DNA from: an uncultured Chloroflexia bacterium
GTDB lineage: Bacteria; Chloroflexota; Anaerolineae; CG2-30-64-16
Direction of reading: 5' to 3'
DNA length: 64,000 bases
Assembly (NCBI GenBank): GCA_963810095.1
Contig: CAWEMM010000006.1
Coordinates: forward strand, 1,248,001-1,312,000
Translations under genes and position numbers: made by a program
Shown here: positions 34,494 to 45,114 of the stretch, one piece after another
Layout: each line of letters begins with the position of its first letter
Numbering within the stretch: the first letter of the stretch is position 1
Notes under the pieces: generated by a model
The model's input: the letters and a program-made list of their open reading frames with translations, nothing else
What the model was told of the DNA's origin: nothing
Database searches by the model: none

Positions 34494-35830
34494 ATGAGCT
34501 TGTTAGTAACGAACGGACGCGTATTCACCCTCGGGGCGGCCAACGAGTTGATTCCCGACGGTGCGGTCTACATCGAGGGCGACACGATCGTCGAGGTCGG
34601 CCCGTCGGCCGAGCTGGCCGCCAAGCACCCGCAGGCCGAACGCCTGGACGTGGGCGGGAAAGTCGTGCTGCCCGGCATGCTATGCGGGCACACGCACTTC
34701 TACGGCGCGTTCTCGCGGCATGGCCATTCCCGGCGCGCCCGCGACGAACTTTGTCGAGATTCTCGAAAAGCTGTGGTGGAAGCTGGACCTGGCACTGCTG
34801 TGGGACGACGTCAAATACAGCGCCCTGATCTTCATGGTCGATGCCATCAAGCACGGCTGCACGACGATGATCGACCACCACGCCAGCCCCAACGCGATCG
34901 ACGGCAGCCTCGACATGGTCGCCGAGGCGGTGAAGGAAGCCGGCGTGCGTGCGAGCCTGTGCTATGAAGTGACAGACCGCAACGGCATGGACGGCGCCCG
35001 GGCCGGCATCGCGGAAAACGTGCGCTGGCTCAAGCGCTGCCGGGCTTCGCACGATCCGCAGTTGGCCGGCTCGTTTGGCCTCCACGCCGCGCTGCACCCT
35101 CTCGGACGAAACGCTGGAAGCCTCCCGGGTGGCGGCCGAGGGTCTGGGTACCGGGTTCCACATCCACGTCGCCGAAGATGCGGCGGATCAGACCGAGAGC
35201 CTGCGCAAATACAACCTGCGCGTGGTGGAACGGCTGCAGAAGTTCGGCATCCTCGGTTCGAAGTCGATCGCGGTGCACTGCGTCCACCTGGACGAGTTTG
35301 AGAAGGACATCCTGCGCGAGACCGGTACGCACGTGACCCACCAGCCGCGCTCGAACATGAACAATGCCGTCGGCCTCCCGGATGTGACGGGCATGCTCGC
35401 GCGGGGCATCCCCGTCGCGCTCGGCAACGACGGCTTCTCGATGTTCATGGTCGACGAGATGAAGGCGTGCTACCTGGCCCACAAGCTCAACACCCGTGAC
35501 CCGCGCACCATGCCGGGCGACGTGGTGCTCCAGATGCAGTACGCCAACAACGCAGACCTGGCTCAGGTCTTCTTCCCCAAGCCCGTCGGCGCGATCACGC
35601 CCGGCGCGTTCGCCGACCTGGTCGTCTGGGACTACCAGCCGCCCACGCCGCTCACGCCCGGCAACCTGCCCTGGCACATCCTCTTCGGCGTCGATGCCGC
35701 GGTCGTCACGCACACCATTGCCTCGGGCAAAGTGCTGATGAAGGACCGCCAGTTGACGACCCTGGACGAGGAAGCTATCATGGCGCGCGCGCGGGAACTG
35801 GCCGTACAGGTCTGGAAACGCGTCGGGTGA
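34494..35830 (+). CDS. ssnA: SsnA-family amidohydrolase (frameshifted)
   Basis: PGMLCGHTHFYGAFSRG, LWWKLD, TTMIDHHASP, CYEVTDR, FGLHA, FHIHVAE, PRSNMNNAVG, LGNDG. Confidence 0.9.
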
Positions 35831-35832
35831 CT

Positions 35833-35923
35833 TAACCACAAAGACACGAAGACTCAAAGGTTCACGAAGACGAGGACCTAAGGAACTTTGTGAAGCTTCG
35901 TGTTCTTGGTGCCTTCGTGGTTA
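35833..35923. repeat. Periodic palindrome family A
   Basis: TAACCACAAAGACACGAAGACTCAAAG...CTTCGTGTTCTTGGTGCCTTCGTGGTTA. Confidence 0.85.
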
Positions 35924-35951
35924 GCAGTCCGATCCTTGAAAGGAGGCTCGC

Positions 35952-36146
35952 ATGACAGACAAGGCCGTAGGCTCATTCTCGTGGGTGCGTGCCCTTCGCG
36001 AAGGGACGCTGACGCAGACGCAGCTGGAAGCCCTACAGGCGCTGGTCGACAACGACGAGGCCGATTCGCTGGAAGAGGCCGCACGATTGCTCGACATGCA
36101 GGTGCAGCACAACCCGGGCGGCGAGCCCGGGACGCGCGCGTATTAG
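35952..36146 (+). CDS. Hypothetical 64-aa protein
   Basis: Strong RBS AAAGGAGG; GC3-rich codons; fills the gap between two palindromes. Confidence 0.65.
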   Translation: MTDKAVGSFSWVRALREGTLTQTQLEALQALVDNDEADSLEEAARLLDMQVQHNPGGEPGTRAY

Positions 36147-36156
36147 AGAAGCAACT

Positions 36157-36224
36157 TAACACAAAGGCACAAAGACACGGGGGCATTCTGGCTAGTTCCG
36201 CCGTGTCTTTGTGTCTTTGTGTTA
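36157..36224. repeat. Periodic palindrome family A
   Basis: TAACACAAAGGCACAAAGACACGG...CCGTGTCTTTGTGTCTTTGTGTTA. Confidence 0.88.
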
Positions 36225-36237
36225 GCGGGAGGTTTTC

Positions 36238-37709
36238 ATGTGGCGAAGCTATTATGCGCCGGGCACGGTGAGCGAGGCGCTCGACCTGCTGGCCCGGTAC
36301 GGCGGCCCGGATGGGAGTGCCTGCCGTGTCATCGCGGGCGGCACCGATCTCATTCTTGAACTGGAGCGGGGCATACGCCACCAGGAAGTGCTGGTGGACG
36401 TCTCGCGCGTGGCCGAGCTCGGGCAGATTATCTTCGAATCGGCCACGGGCCTGCTGACGCTGGGTGCGAACGTGACGCACAACCAGGTCGTCGCGAACGA
36501 CTACGCGGTGCAGCACGCTTTTCCCCTGGCGAAGGCCTGCTGGCTCGTCGGCGCGGCGCAGATCCGCAATCGTGGCACGGTGGCCGGCAATATCATCACT
36601 GCCAGCCCGGCCAACGACACGATTGCGCCGCTGTGGGCGATGGACGCCACGGTAACGCTGGCGAGCGCCGCACGCGGCGAGCGCAGCTTGCCGTTCAACG
36701 AGTTCTTTCTCGGCGTCAGGCGCACCGCAATGCAGCCCGACGAGCTGCTGCTGAGCATTACGGTGCCTACACTAAAGGCAAGCGAGCGCGGCACCTTCCT
36801 CAAGCTCGGGCTGCGCGAGGCGCAGGCCATCAGCCTGATCAACGTCGCGGCCGTGCTCGACTTCGCACCCGGCGGCATCGTCACCCGCGCACGGATTTCG
36901 CTTGGCGCCGTCGCCCCTACCATCGTGCGGGCGTCCGAGGCGGAGACCTTCCTGGCCGGAAAAGCGCTGACGGAAGACGTCGTCGAGCAGGCGGCCGAGC
37001 TGACCGCCGGGGCCGCCCGGCCCATCTCCGACATCCGGGCGGGCGCGGAGTACCGGCGCGATATGGTGCGCGTGTATGCCGCACGGGCGCTGCGCGAGCT
37101 GCGCGACGGCGCCGAACGTGCCGGCTGGCCGGCGAAGCCCGTGCTTCTGTGGGGAAGCTCGAACGGCGGCAGTAACGGACACAACGGCCGGCAACCCGCC
37201 ACGCCACCCGCCGAAGGCGCCGACGAGCGGTTCGCTTCATGCTTAACGGCCAGCCGGCCGAGCTGCGCAATGTGCATGGGAAGACCCTGCTCCGTGCGCT
37301 GCGCGAAGACCTGGGCCTGACGGGCACGAAGGAAGGCTGCGCGGAGGGCGAGTGCGGCGCATGTACGGTCTGGCTCGACGGCGTGGCGGTCATGAGCTGC
37401 CTGGTTCCCGCCGAGCGTGCCGCGGGCTGCAGCATCGTTACGGTCGAAGGCCTGGCCGGGCTGGAGGGTGGCGGCACCGAGGAAGGCAGCCTTCACCCGC
37501 TCCAGCAGGCATTCGTCGAGGCCGGGGCCGTCCAGTGCGGCTATTGCACGCCCGGCATCCTCATGTCGGCCGCTAACCTGATGGAAGAAGTGGCGCATCC
37601 GACGCTCGGACAGGTCAAAGAAGCGCTGACGGGCAACCTCTGCCGCTGCACGGGTTACTACAAAATCCTGCAGGCGGTGGAAAAGGCGGTGGCGGGAGGT
37701 GACGCATGA
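36238..37709 (+). CDS. Xanthine dehydrogenase-family FAD domain probably fused to a C-terminal [2Fe-2S] domain, enzyme 2 (frameshift near 37230)
   Basis: [39 protein letters not shown]; then [32 protein letters not shown]; low-complexity linker and no clear RBS between the domains. Confidence 0.8.
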
Positions 37710-40065
37710 GCAGCAACAACGGACATGAGACCACTGCCGGCGCCGTCGGCGCGGGTCGAGCCGTAGGCTCGAACGCCACACGCATCGACGCGCCGGGCAA
37801 AGTCACCGGGCGCACCCTGTATCCGGGCGACATCAACCATCCCGACGCGCTCCACATGGCCACGCTGTTTGCGGGCCGGGTGCACGCCCGGGTCTTGAGC
37901 GTCGACACGGCGGCGGCAGAAGCTGCGCCCGGCGTCGTCGCCGTCTACACATCACAGGACGTGCCGGTCAACGAATACGGCCTGCAGCTCATGGACCAGC
38001 CGGTGCTGTGTGGGCCCGGCGGCGGGAAGGCGGGGAGCGCCAAACCGGGCGCCGACGTCGTCCGCTTCGTCGGCGACCAGGTCGCGCTGGTCGTGGCCGA
38101 GACGGAGGCCCAGGCACGCGCCGCGTGCAAGCTGATCCAGGTCGAGTGGGAAGACCTGCCGATCGTCCTGGACCCGGAAGAGGCGATGCAGCCCGGCGCA
38201 CCCCAGCTCCACCCGCACAGCCAGGACAACATCTGCTACCACTATCGCATTCGCAAGGGTGACGTGGACGCGGCCTTTGCCGAGGCCCTGGCCGAAGGCG
38301 GTGTCATCGTCGAGGGCGTCTACCAGACGCCCGTGCAGGAGCACGCTTACCTCCAGCCCGAGGCGGGCGTGGCGCGTCTCGACGACGCAGGGCGCATTAC
38401 GGTCGAGGTGGCCGGGCAGTGGACCCACGTGGACCAGGAGCAGATCGCCCACGCCCTCGGCCTGCCCGACGACCAGGTCAGGGTGATCTACCCGGCCATC
38501 GGCGGCGCGTTCGGCGGCCGCGAGGACATGTCCGTGCAGATCACGCTGGCGCTCTGCGTCTGGAAGCTTGCGCAGCGGGGCATCCGGCGGCCGGTCAAGA
38601 CCATCTGGACCCGTGAAGAGTCGATGTTTGGCCACGGCAAGCGCCATCGCATGAAGCTCTATGCGAAATGGGCGCGCCAAGCGTGACGGCACGCTCGTCG
38701 CAGCCGAGGTCAAGGCCATCGCGGACGGCGGCGCGTACATGTACACCAGCAACAAGGTGCTGGGCAACACCACGCTGACCTGCACGGGCCCGTACGAAAT
38801 CCCGCACGTGGCCGTCGACACCTACGCGGTCTACACGAACCACGTGCCCGGCGCCGCGTTCCGCGGTTTTGGCGGCCCCCAGGGTCACTTCGAGGCCGAG
38901 GGCCAGATGGACAAGCTGGCCGAAGCCCTGGGCATGGACCCGGTCGAGCTGCGCCTGAAGAACATCCTGACCGAAGACAAGCTGCTCACGGTGGGCACGC
39001 CCATCCCCGGCGGCGTCGGCCTGACCGCCTCGTCACCGCAGCCGCGGCGGCTGCGGGCTGGCAGCAGGACGAGTCGGGCCGCTGGCACAGGCCGACCAAG
39101 AATGGCACGCAGATGAACTGTGAGACTGATCCACAGGAACTCTCCGAAGTCACGTGGCAGTCCAATCAGTAATCGCGTCCTACCGTTCACGTCGCGCGGC
39201 ATCGGGTTCGCGGCGGGGTTCAAGAACGTCGGGTTCTCCTTCGGCTACCAGGAGAACAGCTACGCCAGGGTCGAGGTGCGCGGGGCTGCGGAGATGGTCG
39301 AAGCCACCGTGTTCTTTGCCGGCGCGGACTGCGGGCAGGGGAACCACACGATCATCTCCCAGGCCGCCGCCGAGGTGCTCGGCATCCCGCGTCGCCCGGG
39401 TGCGGGTGGTCGCATCGGACACCGCGCAAATGGGCAACGCGGGCAGCGCGTCGGCCTCCCGCCTCACCTACATGAGCGCGAACGCCGTGAAAGGCGCGGC
39501 CGAGAAGGCGCTGGCCGCCTGGCAGAACGAAGACCGCCCCGCCATCGGCGAATACGTCTACCTGGCGCCCAAGACCACGCCGCTCGACCACGACACCGGC
39601 TACGGCAAGCCCAACTTCGCGTACGGCTACACGGCGCAGGCCGTGCAGGTGGCGGTGGACACGGAGACCGGGCCAGGTGCGGATCGAGAAGTTCATCTGT
39701 GCGGACGACGTGGGCAAGGCCATCAACCCGCAGCAGGTCGTCGGGCAGATCGAGGGCGCGGTGGTGCAGGCGCTCGGCTACACGCTGCTCGAGGACTGGA
39801 AGACCCGCGACGGCCGGGTGCTCACCGACAGGCTGAGCACCTACCTCATCCCCACCGTGCTCGACGTGCCCGACCAACTCGAGTCGATCATCGTCGAGGT
39901 GCCCGACCCGAACGGCCCGTGGGGCGCGCGCGGCATGGGCGAGGTGCCCTACCTGCCCGTCGCCGCCGCCGTCGCTGCCGCGGTGTACGACGCCGTGGGC
40001 GTGCGTTTTGACGAGTTCCCGCTGACGCCGGAACGGGTGTGGCGGGGCTGCGCGGCAAGAAGTAA
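37706..40065 (+). CDS. Xanthine dehydrogenase-family molybdopterin-binding subunit, enzyme 2 (frameshifted, contains a repeat insertion)
   Basis: [70 protein letters not shown]; probable stop TAA 40063-40065. Confidence 0.9.
39101..39182. repeat. Periodic palindrome family B inside the Xdh-2 Mo-subunit gene
   Basis: ATGGCACGCAGATGAACTGTGAGACTGAT...AATCAGTAATCGCGTCCTA aligns with 53899-53991. Confidence 0.65.
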
Positions 40066-40129
40066 CACGAGGGCCAACAGGCCTTTTGCGAACGGTCACC
40101 CGTCTGCGGATCCCGGCAGATCAGCGTTG

Positions 40130-40169
40130 AAGAACCTTCGCGGGAGCACTCGCTACCTCGAAGGTTCTT
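40130..40169. repeat. REP-like hairpin or terminator
   Basis: AAGAACCTTCGCGG...CCTCGAAGGTTCTT followed by a T run. Confidence 0.55.
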
Positions 40170-40212
40170 TTTCGTATCAGGGGTGTAGACTCCAACAGTT
40201 CAAGAGGGCGCG

Positions 40213-40980
40213 ATGTATTTCGTCGAAACCGGGCCGTCCAACGCGCCGACGATGGTTCTTCTTCACGGCGGCGGCATGGGCGGCTGGTCCTGGCAGCCCG
40301 AAATCGACCGCCTGTCCGACTATCATTTGCTCGTCCCCGACATGCCCGGCCAGGGCAAAAGCTTGACGAAGGGTCCGTTCGAGTTCGGAGGCGGCGCAAA
40401 GATTGCCGATATGATCCGGAGCCACGCGCACGGCGGGAAGGCCACATCGCCGGCCTGTCGCTAGGCGCGCAGACGCTGATCCATCTGCTGGCGGTGGCGC
40501 CCGAAGTGGTCACCAAGCGCGTTCGCCACCGGGCACGCTGGCGCGCAAGCTGCCGGGCGGCAGCCTCGTTCGCCCGACGCTCGCGCTCTATGATCCGTTC
40601 AAGAACATGCCCATTCATGGTGCGCGCGAACATGCGGAGCTTCGGCGTGCCGAAGGAGTACTACGATATAGTTCGCCGCCGACACCCGGGCGGCAACCGT
40701 GGATTCGCTCACCGCGATTTTCCGCGCAAACATGGCCTTCGGGATACCTGCGCGGCCTCGGGGCGATGACTACGCCCGTCCTGCTGACCGTCGGCGAAAA
40801 GGAATACGGGATGATGAAGGGATCGGCAAGGGAGCTGGCGACGGGCTCCCCACGGCGAGGCGTATGTCGTGAAGGGCGTGGGACACAACTGGCCCCTCGC
40901 TCATCCAGACCTGTACACGCGGACCCTGCGCGCGTGGATGGCGGGCGCGCCCCTGCCCGCCGGAGTCAAAGCCGCTGTAG
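40213..40980 (+). CDS. Alpha/beta hydrolase, heavily frameshifted
   Basis: LLHGGGMGGWSW, PDMPGQG, GLSLGA nucleophile elbow in an alternate frame, PVLLTVGEKE, GHNWP. Confidence 0.75.
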
Positions 40981-41002
40981 CGCAGGCGAACCGACCGGCA
41001 TG

Positions 41003-41038
41003 AAGAACCAGGTTTCGTCAAAAACCTGGTTTCTTTTT
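41003..41038. repeat. GAAACC-type hairpin or terminator
   Basis: AAGAACCAGGTTT-CGTCAA-AAACCTGGTTTCTT then TTT. Confidence 0.55.
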
Positions 41039-41080
41039 GGCTCCGAGGGTGATAGACTAAGCCTCGGCAAGGAGGGTGCG

Positions 41081-41889
41081 ATGCCAGAGATAACGACGGG
41101 CATCGACGAATACGGCGCGGCCGCGGACTACTACGACTACGTCCCGGCGTACGCCGAGCGGTCGGACGTGGCGTTCTTCGTCGACATGGCGCGAGACAGC
41201 GGTGGGCCCGTGCTCGAGCTCGGCTGCGGAACGGGCCGGGTGCTGCTCCCGACCGCGCGGGCCGGCATCGCCATCACGGGGCTGGACCTCTCGCCGGGCA
41301 TGCTCCGCATCCTGCGCGGGCGCCTCGCGGCAGAGCCGCCGGACGTACAAGCGCGCGTCCGGCTGGTCGAGGGGGACATGCGAAGCTTCGACCTCGGCCA
41401 GACAGTTCGCCCTGGTCACCCTCCCCTTCCGGCCGTTCCAGCACCTGATCACCGTCGAGGAGGAGCTGGCGTGCCTCGCCGCCATCCGGCGCCATCTCTT
41501 GCCCGAGCGGGCGGCTGGTGCTCGACCTCTTCAACCCGTCGATGACCGCGCTGACAGACGACACACGCTTTGAAGAGCAGGAACCGGAGCCGGAAGCGAC
41601 GCTGCCCGACGGGCGGCGCTTCTACCGCACCTGGCGCACCGTGGAGCGGGACTATCTGACGCAGGTGCAGCAGGTGGAGATGTATTACTACGTCACCCAC
41701 CCGGACGGCCGGCAGGAGCGCGGGGTCCATGCGTTCCCTATGCGCTACCTCTTCCGTTTTGAGGCGGAACACCTGCTGGCCCGCGCCGGCTTCGAGGTGG
41801 AGCACCTGTACGCCGACTACGACAGAAACCCATACGGCTCGAAATATCCCGGCGAGCTGATCTTTGTCGCAAAGAAAAGCGATGGCTGA
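41081..41889 (+). CDS. Class I SAM-dependent methyltransferase (frameshifted)
   Basis: RBS AGGAGG; VLELGCGTGR, GLDLSPGML, EGDMRSF. Confidence 0.88.
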
Positions 41890-43590
41890 TCTCGCATTCA
41901 CCTCCCGCCGCTCGCCGGTTTACGGGCGTCGCGGCATGGTGGCCACATCGCAGCCGCTCGCCGTCGCGGCCGGGTTGGAGGTGCTGGCCGCGGGCGGCAA
42001 TGCTGCCGACGCGGCGGTCGCGACCGCGGCCGCACTCAACGTCACGGAGCCTACCTCCACCGGCATCGGCGGCGACTGCTTCGCGCTCTACTATGACGGG
42101 CAGACAGGGCAGGTGTCGGCGCTGAACGGGTCGGGCCGCGCGCCGGCCGCGCTGTCGTTGGAACGGTTGCGGCGCGAGGGCTTTGACCGCGAGCTGCCCC
42201 CGTACCATGCGCACACGGTCACGGTGCCGGGCGCGTGTGCCGGCTGGTGCGACCTTGTCGAGCGACACGGGCGGCTCGGGCTGCCCCGAATCCTCGGGCC
42301 TGCCATTCGACTGGCCGAAGAGGGATACCCGGTTGCAGCCTGTCACTGCCTACTTCTGGGAGCGGGGGGTCGAGCGCCAGCTGCGGCCCCTGCTGCAACA
42401 GGGCGCGCTCGGCGCCCTGGCGCTGACCCTGGATGGGCGGGCCCCCAGGGCCGGTGAGATCTTCCGCAACCCAGACCTCGCCCGGACGCTGCAAATCGTT
42501 GCGGAGGGTGGGAAGCAGGCTTTCTACGAGGGCGATATCGCCCGCGACATTGCCCGGACCGTGCAGGCGTGGGGCGGCGTCCTGAGCGAAGCCGACCTGG
42601 CGCATCACCTGTCGGCCAGCGGCCCCGGTTCGTGGGACCAGCCCATCAGCACGACCTACCGCGGTATCCGGCTGTGGGAGTGCCCGCCGAACGGGCAGGG
42701 CCTGGCCGCGCTGCTCGCGCTCAACCTGCTCGAAGCGTTCGACCTCGCCGACCTCGACCCGCTCGGCGCCGAGCGCCTGCATCTGGAGATCGAGGCGATG
42801 CGGCTGGCCTTCGCAGACACCCGGTGGTTCGTGGCCGATCCGGCCGTCCACCCGGCGCCCCTCGATGCGCTGCTGTCCAAGGAGTACGCGGCCGAGCGGC
42901 GCAAGCTCATCGATCCACTGCGCGCAACCGTCGATCCGCAGCGCGGGACGCCCACCGCCGGCTCGGATACGGTGTATCTGACCGTGGTGGACGGGGAGGG
43001 CAACGCGTGCTCGTTCATCAACAGCAACTACATGGGGTTTGGGACGGGCATCGTGCCCGCACGGAAGGGGCTTTACGCTGCAGAACCGGGGCCACAACTT
43101 CTCGCTTGACCCCCGGCATCCGAATGCCCTGGCCCCACGAAAACGGCCCTACCACACGATCATCCCCGCAATGGCTACACGCTCCGACGGCGCCCCCGGT
43201 GGAGCTGAGACCCTGTATGCCAGCTTTGGCGTCATGGGTGGGTTCATGCAGCCCCAGGGCCACCTGCAGGTTCTCTCCGCCCTGGTAGACGACACGCCGG
43301 CCGGCCTCGCGCCCGATCCGCAAGCCGCGCTCGACCGGCCCCGCTTCTGCCTGATGGTGCCGGGGGAGCACGGCGCCGGCCGCGTCGCGCTGGAGGGCCC
43401 GCCGCCCGAGGGTGGCATCCCGGCCGAAACGCTCCTCAAGCTGCAGGCGATGGGCCACCCGGTTGACGTCGTGACCGGATACGGGCGCGCGCTCTTCGGC
43501 CGGGGCCAGATCATCCTGCGCGATCCCCAGTCCGGCGTCCTGACCGGCGGCAGCGATCCCCGCGCCGACGGCTGCGCGATGAGCTTGTAG
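41882..43590 (+). CDS. ggt: Gamma-glutamyltransferase-family Ntn hydrolase (frameshifted)
   Basis: MVATSQPLA, GGNAADAAVA, TGIGGDCF, CPPNGQG, DTVYLTVVD autoprocessing Thr, LQNRG, RPYHTIIP, GVMGGFMQPQGH, SDPRADG. Confidence 0.9.
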
Positions 43591-43594
43591 ACGC

Positions 43595-45066
43595 ATGGCG
43601 AACAAGGCCCGGCCGCGCGACCTGCCCGCGCTGCCCATCCCCGCCGCCTTTTTCGAGCGCATGCAGTCACTGCTGGGCGACGAGTTCCCCGCGTTCCGCC
43701 GCGAGCTTCGATGCGCCGGCGATCCAGGGCCTGCGTGCCAACACGCTCAAGATCGACCCGGCCGATTTGAGGGCGCGCCTGCCTTTCCATCTCGAGCCGG
43801 TCCCGTGGTCGCGTGAGACCTTCGTACTTGGCGACGACGCGGGACAGGGCGAAACCGGCCGGCCGGGGAAACACCCGTATCACGCGGCGGGCCTGTACTA
43901 CCTGCAGGACCCGTCGGCCACCGCGCCCGTCGAACTGCTCGACCCGCAGCCGGGCGAGACGATCCTTGACCTGGCCGCGGCGCCCGGTGGCAAATCCACC
44001 CACATCGCGGCGCGCCTCGGCGATCAGGGCCTGTTAGTGGCGAACGAGGTGATCCACAAGCGGGCCTGGGAACTGGCGGGCAACCTGGAGCGCTGGGGGG
44101 CCACCAATGTGGCCATCACGACCGAAACGCCGGAACGGCTTACCGGCCGCTGGCGCGACGGCGAGGATGGGGGCGGGCGCTTCGACGCGGTGCTCGTCGA
44201 CGCGCCCTGCTCGGGCGAAGGCATGTTCCGCAAGGGCGACGCGGCGCGCAGGGAGTGGTCGCCGGCCCTGGTCCAGGGGTGCGCGGCCCGGCAGGACGGC
44301 ATCCTGGAGCAAGCCGCGGCGCTGGTGAGGCCGGGGGGCCGGTTGGTCTACGCCACTTGCACCTTCGCGCCTGAGGAGGACGAAGGCACGATCGCCCGGT
44401 TCCTCCATGGGCATCCTGAGTTCTCGCTGGTGGAACCGCCCAGGCGGCTTGGTTTTGACCGGGGGCGCCCCGAGTGGCTACCTGCCGCGCTGCAGCGGCC
44501 GGACCTGGTTCGCTGCGTTCGTCTCTGGCCCCATCACGTTGCGGGCGAAGGGCACTTCGCCGCGCTGCTGAAGAAAGACGGGGAAGAGGGGCAATCCGCC
44601 TGCCCACCCACCCGGCCCGCGACGCCGCTGCCCAGGAACGCCGAGGCGGCTTACGCGGCGTTCGTCGCCGAGACGTTGCTGGAGGCCCCCACGCGAGGCC
44701 CCCTGGCCCTGAGCGGCGCGTACCTCTATGCGGTCCCGCCGGGCCTGCCCGACCTGTCCGGCCTGCGCTACCTGCACGGGGGCTGGTGGCTCGGGGAGAT
44801 CAAGACGGCGCGCTTCGAGAGCGACCGCTTCGAGCCCAGCCATGCGCTGGCGTTAGGGATAGCCCCGCGCACCGTGCGGCGGGTCGTCAGACTATGCCGC
44901 CGGCAACCCGGAACTCCTGGCCTACCTGCGCGGCGAAACGGCCGGTTCGGCAGGCGAAGATGGCTGGACCTTGGTGACGGTGGATGGCTTCGCCGTAGGC
45001 TGGGCCAAGCGGGTCGCCGGGCGGCTGAAGAGTCACTATCCGAAAGGGCTGCGCGTGGTGGGGTAG
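43595..45066 (+). CDS. RsmB/RsmF (NOL1/NOP2/Sun) RNA m5C methyltransferase (frameshifted)
   Basis: YYLQDPS, LDLAAAPGGKST, VDAPCSGEGMFRK, YATCTF, EGHFAALL, RFEPSHALA, LKSHYPKGLR. Confidence 0.9.
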
Positions 45067-45114
45067 GGGTGGCGCGACGCCGCTTCCCTGCTGCAAGGCT
45101 GGGTGAGGTGCAGA

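Noticed and set aside
14967-36224. Palindromes as integron attC sites
   Set aside because: Some have AAC...GTT ends, but there is no integrase in the window, arms are tandem-periodic, and most flanked genes are core pathway genes.
16637-40065. Selenocysteine UGA codons in Xdh or YgfK
   Set aside because: The breaks are frame changes, not in-frame TGA at Cys positions; Se in this enzyme class is a labile cofactor ligand.
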